Shown in pieces: positions 1 through 8,046 of a stretch of DNA of 64,000 bases. The notes below the pieces were generated by a model, which was given only the letters and a program-made list of their open reading frames with translations, was not told the DNA's origin and did not search any database. This DNA comes from a virus, in the IMG/VR virus record IMGVR_UViG_3300034355_000809. One strand, 5' to 3'. Made by a program: the position numbers and the translations under genes. Position 1 is the first letter of the stretch, and each line of letters starts with the position of its first letter.

Positions 1-417
1 ATAAGTATAGCCTTTGCCCATACAGCTGCAAGTATGTCAGATCTTACACTAGTTAATAACTACCAGCTAAACCTTCTTGAGCGTTGTATATTAACAGAAG
101 CAGAAATAGCCGAATGGGACTATGATGTAATTTCAAGACAACAAGCTGAAGCTTCAGATGGTGGACCTTTTGATTTCATAGCGGTAAGTTCATACGATAT
201 AGTACATGATCCATCGTTAGTTCTTTCCTATTTTAATATGTTAGCTACAAATGGCGTCATGCTAGTAACATGGACTGCAGATAATGGAAACCTATACGAA
301 ACTGACGCAGAGTATTCTCCTTATTTTGAAATACACCAACATTTAAAGAGTCTAGAAAACGTATGTGTATCTCATGATTACACCAGCCTAGGAACAACAA
401 CTGTCGTAAAATTATAG
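1..417 (+). CDS. Partial (5'-truncated) putative SAM-dependent methyltransferase-like protein
   Basis: Frame 1 is open from base 1. 'GPFDFIAV...YFNMLATNGVMLV' resembles the C-terminal strands of class I methyltransferases (FD-x-I; L-x-x-x-G-x-h-h). Motif I is not in the window. Confidence 0.45.
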   Translation: MSIAFAHTAASMSDLTLVNNYQLNLLERCILTEAEIAEWDYDVISRQQAEASDGGPFDFIAVSSYDIVHDPSLVLSYFNMLATNGVMLVTWTADNGNLYETDAEYSPYFEIHQHLKSLENVCVSHDYTSLGTTTVVKL

Positions 418-432
418 TATAATACTACCATG
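418..432 (+). promoter_or_regulatory. -10 box (TATAAT) positioned for a leaderless transcript
   Basis: TATAAT at 418-423, then 6 nt (ACTACC), then ATG at 430. No Shine-Dalgarno sequence. Confidence 0.55.
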
Positions 433-1107
433 ATAGTAGTTGATAACTTCATAAAAGATTCTGAGCTTTTAAAGCAAATTGAATTGTCCGAAAATTTGTT
501 TCCTCAATCAATGGGTTCAGAAACAAGAATTGCTACTGAGCTAAATTCATATCATCACGAGCAAGCAAGTTGTTTTGCTCCGTATATGTTTTGGGATGGT
601 TGGTGGAAATCAGAAGCAAACACAACTGCTAAAAAAATGGTTAAATCTATTTGGGAACATAATCTTCCATTTGACAAAGAAGATGTTTGTGGTTTTGAAT
701 ACTGGACTAGAACATTTAACCCAGGTCAATATTTGGGTACTCATGTTGATGAAGATACATTTTTATACGCAAAAGAAAAGATTTTTCGTGGACCAATAAT
801 AGGTTGCGTATATTATCCACATACAAACGATGTTGTAGGCGGTTTCTTAGAATTACACCCCAACGCTATTGGGGAAAATACTAAAAACTCACTAGAATCA
901 GAAAACATCAAAAACAATATATCCCCTATTGAGGATCGTGAAAGAATCGCATGCAAACCCAATAGGTTAGTTATTTTCGATGCTGGACATATGGTTCACA
1001 ATACAACTCCTCCTATTTCTGGAGTTAGAAGAGTCATGGTTGTCAATGTGTGGCATAGGGATTCTCCACCATCAGCTCTTACCAGTGGTGAATTCTACTA
1101 TGAGTGA
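430..1107 (+). CDS. 2OG-Fe(II) oxygenase (prolyl-hydroxylase-like)
   Basis: N-terminal 'IVVDNF', HxD in 'THVDED', 'GG-x-L', 'PNRLVIFD', distal His in 'HMVH', 2OG-binding Arg in 'RRVMVVNVW'. Confidence 0.85.
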   Translation: MIVVDNFIKDSELLKQIELSENLFPQSMGSETRIATELNSYHHEQASCFAPYMFWDGWWKSEANTTAKKMVKSIWEHNLPFDKEDVCGFEYWTRTFNPGQYLGTHVDEDTFLYAKEKIFRGPIIGCVYYPHTNDVVGGFLELHPNAIGENTKNSLESENIKNNISPIEDRERIACKPNRLVIFDAGHMVHNTTPPISGVRRVMVVNVWHRDSPPSALTSGEFYYE

Positions 1108-1699
1108 TTTTGAATTTCAGTCTCTTTTAAACATTGGTATTTATAAGAAAAAATTAAATTATATAGACAACAATAAGCTATATGAAGAAATAAAAACATG
1201 TTCTAAAAAAGTTGACAATTCTTTTATTGAAGACAAAAACCATTCTTATTTTGAAGATCAAACATATCCATTTGGATCACTGGAATCAGAAAAACTTATT
1301 ACTGCACTTCAAAATGAAGTAAGCATAGCCATTGGTAAAGAGATGTTGTTAAATGATATATGGACCTTGACACTAGAGCATGGTCAGTCTGTTGGCTATC
1401 ATTCTCATAAATCAAATACACACTTGTACCCAAATGAATATTACTCCATTGCATACTACGCAAACGCTCCAAAGGGAAGTTCTGACATTCAATTTAACAT
1501 AACTGCATGTAACACGATGGAAAGTTTTGTTTCTGTACCGGCAGAAGAAGGATTGTTAATTATATTTAATTCTTTTATACCCCACATGACTAATAGACAT
1601 AATAACTTAGATCAAAACAGAGTTGTTATAAGTGCAAATCTTTCCCCAAAATACCCTACGCAAGCACAAACTCAAGATTGGTCAGCATACGCCAGATAA
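1100..1699 (+). CDS. 2OG-Fe(II) oxygenase, HxH type (TIGR02466-like phage family)
   Basis: Start re-called to ATG 1100, which overlaps the upstream stop. Motifs 'GYHSH', 'YSIAYY', 'EGLLIIFNSFIPH', 'RVVISAN'. Confidence 0.8.
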   Translation: MSDFEFQSLLNIGIYKKKLNYIDNNKLYEEIKTCSKKVDNSFIEDKNHSYFEDQTYPFGSLESEKLITALQNEVSIAIGKEMLLNDIWTLTLEHGQSVGYHSHKSNTHLYPNEYYSIAYYANAPKGSSDIQFNITACNTMESFVSVPAEEGLLIIFNSFIPHMTNRHNNLDQNRVVISANLSPKYPTQAQTQDWSAYAR

Positions 1700-1706
1700 T
1701 AAGGTG

Positions 1707-1724
1707 TGCTATACTATAAAGATG
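1707..1724 (+). promoter_or_regulatory. Extended -10 promoter (TGcTATACT), leaderless
   Basis: TG-C-TATACT, then 6 nt, then ATG at 1722. Same geometry as the site at 418-432. Confidence 0.55.
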
Positions 1725-2045
1725 AACGATCAAAAAACACCAAACATCATTGGAGATTGGCAAGTTTCTGCATTTACCCCATTTGGGGTTAGTAACAGTA
1801 CGGCTAAAATTACTTCAATTGAACCATTTGTTTCTGGAACAATTATTGGCGAAAGAGGTTCTTTAGATTTTGATAATGGAACTGTTGAAAACAACATACT
1901 CACATTTTCAGTGATTGCAGATACTCCAATAAGAGCTACACTCGTAGTCAGTGCAGAAGTAATTGACGACAAATTTGAAGGTACCTTACAAGTAGACGAG
2001 TATATGAAGATAGTTATTAAGGGGCAAAAAAATGTCAATCTATGA
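1722..2045 (+). CDS. Small predicted beta-barrel protein of unknown function
   Basis: Start re-called to ATG 1722. Pattern 'G-x-W-x-h...TP-x-G...L-x-F...F-x-G' with alternating hydrophobic strands. Confidence 0.6.
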   Translation: MNDQKTPNIIGDWQVSAFTPFGVSNSTAKITSIEPFVSGTIIGERGSLDFDNGTVENNILTFSVIADTPIRATLVVSAEVIDDKFEGTLQVDEYMKIVIKGQKNVNL

Positions 2046-2649
2046 TATAGAAGCTACATCAATAGAAGGTGAAAAAAATTATTTATCCACCTTTAGGGGT
2101 AAGCTTACTTTAATTGTAAATGTCTCTACAAAAGCTGGTGGGTATGAGCCTAAATGTTCTAAGGTATGGTCCTATTCTAGGACGTCACGCCAGTTGTGGC
2201 AGCTACAGCAAGTCCATGATGAATTTAAGGATAGAGGATTTTCTGTATTAGCATTTCCAAATAACCAATTTGCTCAGATGGAACCAGGAACTAATGAAGA
2301 GATAATCCCTTTTGTTAAGGAGCATTATCCTTTTGTGACTTTTCCATTTTTTGAAAAAGTAGATGTCAATGGAAAAAACGAACACCCTGTATTTTCAGCT
2401 TTAAAAGGTAATGAAAAAAGAAACTATTCTGATTTTACTGCTGATCAAAGCGATAAGGCTGTAGAGAATCAAAATTTAGCTGGACAAGCAATTGCTAGAA
2501 TTTCACATGGATATGAAAAATTCTTAGTTAGCAGAGAAGGTATCATGGTTGCTAGATTCAATTGGCAAGATATGCCTTTGGATGAAGTACCAAGAGTTAT
2601 GGGTGCTGGATGGACAATTAGAGAAGCTATTGACGAGATGTTAGGATAA
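2032..2649 (+). CDS. Glutathione peroxidase-fold protein with non-canonical active site
   Basis: 'SIYDI', 'GKLTLIVNV', 'GFSVLAFPNNQF..EPG', 'TFPFFEKVDVNG...HP', 'EKFLVSREG' are GPx-family signatures. The catalytic positions are substituted. Confidence 0.85.
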   Translation: MSIYDIEATSIEGEKNYLSTFRGKLTLIVNVSTKAGGYEPKCSKVWSYSRTSRQLWQLQQVHDEFKDRGFSVLAFPNNQFAQMEPGTNEEIIPFVKEHYPFVTFPFFEKVDVNGKNEHPVFSALKGNEKRNYSDFTADQSDKAVENQNLAGQAIARISHGYEKFLVSREGIMVARFNWQDMPLDEVPRVMGAGWTIREAIDEMLG

Positions 2650-2651
2650 TC

Positions 2652-3752
2652 ATGGAAAATCAGCCAAAAGATAAATTTATTAATAGTACTCCATTTCCAG
2701 TTACGCCAGAAATTGGTGAAAAGGAATTGAAAGAAATAAATGACATTCAGATAGAAGTGCTTGGACCTGGTGTTATCGTTTTCAAAAATGCTTTTAAAAT
2801 AGATCAAGAATTAATACTTGATTATATCGATTCTAAGGCTGAAAAAGCTCATGAAAACAGATGGACTTATATCACCGGAGAAGATGGTGTAGAATATGGT
2901 ATTAATGAAGATGGTTTTAGATACAGACTTCAAGATGTTCCGACTACACCAGTCAGACTTTTGCACCCTGTTACGGATGAAACTCCAGATAAAGTTAAAG
3001 ATTTTTTTCTTTACTTAGAAGAACAAAATTATAAATGTCTTCTTAAGTACATAGATAATTACCCGCTGGTTGTTGGCAGTATTTGGTGGAAAAATAGAGG
3101 TCACGTTTTAAGATATGGTGATGGCGGAATATTGGGTTGTCATTCAGACAACGATACCAACTACAAAGTAACTGGCGGAGTTAGGTACATGCCTAGGGGG
3201 ATGGTTGCCGCAAGACAAACTTGTGGGTCATTACTTTACTTAAATGACTGTGTTGAATCTGAAGAAGAATTAAATGGAAGAAACTTTACTGGTGGTCATC
3301 TTCGTTTTGTCCATCTTGGCATTTCTTACAAGCCACAAAGAGGCGATATAATATACTTCCCAACAAATTACATTGCCGCTCACGATGTTGAAAAAATGGG
3401 CAAGGGAGTCAGATATAGTTATTTATCTTTCTTTGGTCAGGGTGGCGATGACATTCCAGCTAATGTAGTTATTAGCGAACCAGAAAGAAGCTTTGAATGG
3501 TGTCCAGGTGTTTGGCTCAATAACATATATGATGATTACGAAAGATACTGTAAATCACCATATTCATTATTTAGCAATCCAGAAAACTCAAAGGTAGAAG
3601 TTGGTTGGAATCCTGTTTATCAGGGTAGAAACGTTGCTCAATACAGTAGTACTCACGAAGCCGTAGAGGTTAAGGAGCAAGTTGCAGTTGCAAATAACTC
3701 TGACGCTGACCTTCCAGAAGGTCCGTGTGGAACTGATCCAGTAGCTGTATAA
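2652..3752 (+). CDS. Prolyl-4-hydroxylase-like 2OG-Fe(II) oxygenase (paralog 1)
   Basis: 'HSD', 'YLND', 'GG', 'KP..GD...FP.NY...H.V', 'RYSY'. Confidence 0.85.
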   Translation: MENQPKDKFINSTPFPVTPEIGEKELKEINDIQIEVLGPGVIVFKNAFKIDQELILDYIDSKAEKAHENRWTYITGEDGVEYGINEDGFRYRLQDVPTTPVRLLHPVTDETPDKVKDFFLYLEEQNYKCLLKYIDNYPLVVGSIWWKNRGHVLRYGDGGILGCHSDNDTNYKVTGGVRYMPRGMVAARQTCGSLLYLNDCVESEEELNGRNFTGGHLRFVHLGISYKPQRGDIIYFPTNYIAAHDVEKMGKGVRYSYLSFFGQGGDDIPANVVISEPERSFEWCPGVWLNNIYDDYERYCKSPYSLFSNPENSKVEVGWNPVYQGRNVAQYSSTHEAVEVKEQVAVANNSDADLPEGPCGTDPVAV

Positions 3753-3753
3753 G

Positions 3754-4671
3754 GTGGATGCAATGTTAACACCAGAACACCTTGGTTCTGGTGTAGTTCT
3801 TTTTAGAAATGCCGTTAAGGTAGATCAAGATATTATACTCCCATATATTGCATCTCTAAAAGAAAAAGCAATAAAAGAAGATTATACAATAGTCTATGAC
3901 GATGACAATCAGCCAACTTATGCCATAAATAGAAGTGGCCATAGATATACTCTAGAAGACATATATAAGAGTTCAAGTCATATTATGAACTTTGTCAACG
4001 AGAATACTAATAAGCAAATCATTGATTTTTTTGAAGGCTGCGAAAAATCTTTCTACCAAGGCGCATTAAGTTATATAACAGTTTTTCCAATGATATTAAC
4101 AAGCCTATGGTGGAGAACTCAGGGACACATACTGGCCTACGGGCCAGAAAGTGCAATGGGCCTACATAGTGATAATGACGTAAACTACAAGCCTGGCTTT
4201 GAACCAGATCTTCAGGTAGCAACCAGAAGTGTTGTGGGCATGATTATCTATCTTAATGATTCAGTCGATACGCTTGATGATATTAATGATTATGAATATT
4301 TAGGCGGAGAAATAGAATTCCCCTACGCGAACATAAAATATAAACCAAAAACTGGAGACATGCTGATGTTTCCGTCCAACTATCTGGGTTCGCATGAAGT
4401 GTATCCATGTACAAATGGAAATAGATATGCTTACATAGGTTACTTTTCTCAGGGATCGCCACACATAGAGAGAGGTATTAACATAACTCATGGTGAAATT
4501 CCAGTTGGTTCCCAGGGCCAAATATGGATGCCAAATATAGTTAAAGATTATATAGAGTTTGTTAATAAAAACTATAAAGATGTAGATCCAGAAAAAATTA
4601 ACGAGTTGCTACGAGCAACGCATAGGGTGTACAATAGTGCTAATACAGTAAAGGATATGCGCGATGAATAA
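3754..4671 (+). CDS. Prolyl-4-hydroxylase-like 2OG-Fe(II) oxygenase (paralog 2)
   Basis: 'HSD', 'YLND', 'GGEIEF', 'FPSNY..SHEV', 'RYAY'. The true start may be ATG 3763. Confidence 0.85.
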   Translation: MDAMLTPEHLGSGVVLFRNAVKVDQDIILPYIASLKEKAIKEDYTIVYDDDNQPTYAINRSGHRYTLEDIYKSSSHIMNFVNENTNKQIIDFFEGCEKSFYQGALSYITVFPMILTSLWWRTQGHILAYGPESAMGLHSDNDVNYKPGFEPDLQVATRSVVGMIIYLNDSVDTLDDINDYEYLGGEIEFPYANIKYKPKTGDMLMFPSNYLGSHEVYPCTNGNRYAYIGYFSQGSPHIERGINITHGEIPVGSQGQIWMPNIVKDYIEFVNKNYKDVDPEKINELLRATHRVYNSANTVKDMRDE

Positions 4672-5563
4672 TTTAGTTTTAAACACAGATGTAGAGGGTG
4701 AAGATCTTGGTGGCGGAGTAGTTTTATTTAGGTCTGCAATAGACTTTGATGCAGACTATTGTTTTGATCTTTGTAGTGAAATCGTGGCTAGAGAAAAAGC
4801 AGCTATGTATACTCCTGGGGTTGACCCAGAGACCGGGGAAGAAATATATATAAATAGAAGCGGATACTTTTTCGGCAAAGATAGCATAGACGGAATGCCA
4901 GGGAGAGGATCTGCAGCACATCAAGATCCAAGAAAAGAAGTGATAGAATTCTTAAATGGCTTAGAATCCGCTAGAGACGAATATTTATTTAAATATCTAG
5001 AATGCTATCCACTTGCATTTAAATGTATATGGTGGAAAGTAAAAGGTCACATTGTATCTTATAAAGAAGGAGCATATCTTGGATCCCATTCAGATATTAG
5101 CACCGATTATATATATGGTGTTTGGACTCCGAATGACCAATTAGCAATGCGCAGTACTGTGACTGCTTTAATTTACTTTAATGACTCCGTTGAGAGTGAA
5201 GATGAATTGAATGGAAAAAATTTCATGGGTGGTGACCACTACTTTAACTACTTAAACATAACACACAAACCAAAAAAGGGAGATATTATATTTTTCCCAG
5301 CATCCTATACAGCTGGCCATGAAGTAAAAGTTGTAGAAAAAGGTTTAAGATTTTCTTATTTAGGATGGTATAGTCAAGGAACTCCGAATATAGAAGTTAA
5401 AGAGAGTGTAGAAGATCCACTAAAGAATCCAGAAGTAGCACAATTCTCGACTAACGTTTACATGCCAACACTTGTAAAGGATTATCAAAATCATTTGTTA
5501 AACAGAGGATTTGATAAATTTTCAGAACAATATAGAATAACTGTTTCGAGTTACGGTAGTTGA
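4664..5563 (+). CDS. Prolyl-4-hydroxylase-like 2OG-Fe(II) oxygenase (paralog 3)
   Basis: 'HSD', 'YFND', 'GG', 'FPASY..GHEV', 'RFSY'. Confidence 0.85.
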   Translation: MNNLVLNTDVEGEDLGGGVVLFRSAIDFDADYCFDLCSEIVAREKAAMYTPGVDPETGEEIYINRSGYFFGKDSIDGMPGRGSAAHQDPRKEVIEFLNGLESARDEYLFKYLECYPLAFKCIWWKVKGHIVSYKEGAYLGSHSDISTDYIYGVWTPNDQLAMRSTVTALIYFNDSVESEDELNGKNFMGGDHYFNYLNITHKPKKGDIIFFPASYTAGHEVKVVEKGLRFSYLGWYSQGTPNIEVKESVEDPLKNPEVAQFSTNVYMPTLVKDYQNHLLNRGFDKFSEQYRITVSSYGS

Positions 5564-5564
5564 T

Positions 5565-6353
5565 ATGATGGATACAAGAATAAATATGACTGATATTGGT
5601 AGCGGACTATGCGTAGTAAAAGACTGTATCGACGTAGATCAAGAATTTCTTTTTAATTACATCAATTACCTAAGAGAGGTTGAAGAAGAAACTTTTACCT
5701 ACGTTGAAGAAGATGGTAAACGATATGCCATAAACAGAACTGGTTTTAAATTTGATCCTGACGGCGTAATGTTGGCACCTAATAGGTTCATAGATCCATT
5801 ATTAAAATGGAGTCCAAATAGAGACGTTACACCAGAACAAGAGCAATTTATAGCTGATCTAGAAGATCTAATGTATAGAATCTTGGTTGAGTACTGCAAG
5901 TACTACCCTGACGCCTCTACAGTGTGCTGGTGGAGAGGCATGGGGCATATCGCCACTTACGAAAAGGGCCAAAACATAGGCCCTCATTGCGATGATCAGA
6001 TACCTCACGAATTTGGGAAAGCTCCTGCTAGTGAATATCCAAAGCATAGTAAGGTAAGTGTAAATATTTATTTGAATGATTCAGTAGATAATGTTGAAGA
6101 TCTTAATGATTATAATTTCTTAGGTGGAGAGATTACCCACAGACATGCTAAGCACACACATAAGCCCAAGGCTGGCTCTGCGGTCATCTACCCAACCAAC
6201 TTCATAGGTACTCACGAGGTTGCGCCCGTTACCAAGGGTCTTAGAATAGCATACCTTGGCTCTTTTCTTTATGGAACTCCTGAACATCATTTTGAGGGAG
6301 ACTCAAGAATATGGATGCCAAACCTGCGCAAAGATGCTGGATTAGAATACTGA
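5565..6353 (+). CDS. Prolyl-4-hydroxylase-like 2OG-Fe(II) oxygenase (paralog 4)
   Basis: 'HCD', 'YLND', 'GGEI', 'YPTNF..THEV', 'RIAY'. Confidence 0.85.
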   Translation: MMDTRINMTDIGSGLCVVKDCIDVDQEFLFNYINYLREVEEETFTYVEEDGKRYAINRTGFKFDPDGVMLAPNRFIDPLLKWSPNRDVTPEQEQFIADLEDLMYRILVEYCKYYPDASTVCWWRGMGHIATYEKGQNIGPHCDDQIPHEFGKAPASEYPKHSKVSVNIYLNDSVDNVEDLNDYNFLGGEITHRHAKHTHKPKAGSAVIYPTNFIGTHEVAPVTKGLRIAYLGSFLYGTPEHHFEGDSRIWMPNLRKDAGLEY

Positions 6354-6358
6354 TTTAA

Positions 6359-6370
6359 CAGTTACTATAA
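6359..6370 (+). promoter_or_regulatory. Putative phage late-promoter motif (TACTAT)
   Basis: CAGTTACTATAA in the intergenic gap before the first structural gene. The same core recurs at 6738 and 10407. Confidence 0.4.
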
Positions 6371-6396
6371 CGCTGTCTGATCTCAAAGGGTTAAAA

Positions 6397-6732
6397 ATGC
6401 TTTATAATGAACCTATTTCGTATAGCCAAGCTAATACTACCTTTAATGGTGATCTATACATTTATGTAGCAAGTATAGAAAATCCAATCATTGTCAACAA
6501 TATAACTTTCTTCTTTGTTTCAAATCAAGATTATTCCAACCTTACAACCATAAGTGTTATCAGCGTAGATGTTAGTCCAGAAGGCAGGATAAGTATAGAG
6601 GCCTATGCAGACCAGGTAGACTCTCTGTTGGCCACTAGTGTAATAGGTATAACTGGAGAGGCAGAGATTTCCATAGACGGCCTAGTAGGCGCAAGTACAA
6701 CTGGTCAAGGACAGATTACATTAACCCCTTAG
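6397..6732 (+). CDS. Hypothetical protein, probably virion-associated
   Basis: 111 aa beta-rich ORF at the start of the structural module. Confidence 0.6.
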   Translation: MLYNEPISYSQANTTFNGDLYIYVASIENPIIVNNITFFFVSNQDYSNLTTISVISVDVSPEGRISIEAYADQVDSLLATSVIGITGEAEISIDGLVGASTTGQGQITLTP

Positions 6733-6734
6733 GC

Positions 6735-6744
6735 CAGTACTATT
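6735..6744 (+). promoter_or_regulatory. Putative phage late-promoter motif (TACTAT)
   Basis: CAGTACTATT in the intergenic gap upstream of the GGAG RBS of gene 6771. Confidence 0.4.
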
Positions 6745-6770
6745 AAATATATCGATAAATTGGAGTCAAT

Positions 6771-7670
6771 ATGGCATTAAACAATGTTTTGGTGAATGAT
6801 ACTGTCAAAATAAAAGTAAAATTCTTAGATCAAGATTCTAGCGGCAATCAAGTAGATGCCACTATGACCAGTGTTACGGTAACTATCGTTGACATAAATG
6901 AAACTCCAATTGTAAACGCAGCTAACGCAACATCAACATCAGCTTCTGAATGGTACTACCCATTCGTTCCAACTGTAGCTGGAGCATATTCCGTAACTTT
7001 TACTGGCACTACAAACGGCAGTCCCCCTAAAACAATAACGTCTCAAACAAATATATACGCCAACAACAATGCTACTGACTACAGGCCAACTGTCACATTG
7101 AGGGCAGATGAAACAATACTTTTTGCTCCAGACGTTTCTCCACTTTATTTAGACCCAGAAGAGTTGTTGCCAATCTTTCCAGAAGCTTCTTTGATAGAAA
7201 TTGGAGAAATGATTTATCATCACTCCATGGAAATACAAGAAATGTATAAGTTAAAAGATGACGTAGATCCACTTACCCTTCCATCTGTTGTTTTGGATTA
7301 TATTAAAGCAGCTGCAGCATGTGATCTTAGTAGAACCTATGGATTTGGTGGAGACGATGAGCTTTCCTTAAAACTTGGAGACCTAGAAGTTGTAAATAGA
7401 TCTGCACCAAGGCAAATTGCCACAAGGTCTAATGCAACCACCTGGTGTCAGATAGCTGCTTCTTTAAGAAGGGAAGTTATTGCCAAGAAGGTATCGATGA
7501 AAGGTGTACTTCCAAAAGGTATACCGAACAAAAAAATCTCACTTACGGAAAGAGATCCAGGAACCGGCAAGAGAATATATATAACAAGTAAAGATATGTA
7601 TTCTGTTGGAAGCTCATATATCACGCAAGACAGTACAGTAGTTGATAGAAGACTAAGACAGTATGATTAA
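6771..7670 (+). CDS. Putative head-tail connector/neck protein with N-terminal Ig-like domain
   Basis: N-terminal ~100 aa is T/V-rich with 'WYY.F.P..AG.Y.V.F.G' (Ig-like). The helical C-terminal part with 'SLKLGDLEV' is typical of adaptor proteins. It lies upstream of the tail genes. Confidence 0.5.
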   Translation: MALNNVLVNDTVKIKVKFLDQDSSGNQVDATMTSVTVTIVDINETPIVNAANATSTSASEWYYPFVPTVAGAYSVTFTGTTNGSPPKTITSQTNIYANNNATDYRPTVTLRADETILFAPDVSPLYLDPEELLPIFPEASLIEIGEMIYHHSMEIQEMYKLKDDVDPLTLPSVVLDYIKAAAACDLSRTYGFGGDDELSLKLGDLEVVNRSAPRQIATRSNATTWCQIAASLRREVIAKKVSMKGVLPKGIPNKKISLTERDPGTGKRIYITSKDMYSVGSSYITQDSTVVDRRLRQYD

Positions 7671-8043
7671 TACGGCAAAAGCTTTTCAAAAGATATTAAG
7701 AGAATGGGGTCATGACGTTTTGATCCAAAGAAGACTCTCCGATGATGGAGTATATTCTGATAGATTTGAAAAAGTCACAACCAGACATATAACTGCAGCT
7801 TCAAGATATCTGGCTTCTACCAAAGAAGAAACCACAGAAGGTGTTATAATTAACTCTGATAGAATTTATTACTTTGCACCTGCAATTAATCCAAAATCAG
7901 GGGATAGAATATATGAGGAAATTTCTTCTGGTTTAGAAAATCAAATTCTATATGTGATGGAAGAGTGCTATCCAGTTAGAGGAAAAAATGGAAAGATTGA
8001 GTTCTGGACAGTTGGAGCTACAAAAGAAAGTCCGATGAGTTAA
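7663..8043 (+). CDS. Putative head-closure/neck protein
   Basis: 126 aa with 'ILREWGHDVLIQRR' and 'YYF....PKSGDRI', a head-closure-like beta-barrel pattern. Synteny agrees. Confidence 0.5.
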   Translation: MINTAKAFQKILREWGHDVLIQRRLSDDGVYSDRFEKVTTRHITAASRYLASTKEETTEGVIINSDRIYYFAPAINPKSGDRIYEEISSGLENQILYVMEECYPVRGKNGKIEFWTVGATKESPMS

Positions 8044-8046
8044 ATT

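Noticed and set aside
980-1721. Longer N-termini given by the ORF track for 980-1699 and 1632-2045
   Set aside because: They overlap the upstream genes extensively. ATG 1100 (stop/start overlap) and ATG 1722 (promoter geometry) are better starts.
2120-2160. Selenocysteine (TGA) in the GPx-like gene
   Set aside because: No in-frame TGA; the peroxidatic position is GCT (Ala).
430-6353. TET/JBP-type DNA base-modification system
   Set aside because: The motifs (YLND, GG, FPxxY...HxV...RY) are prolyl-hydroxylase-like, and no nucleotide kinase, DNA glycosyltransferase or DNA methylase is visible in this window.
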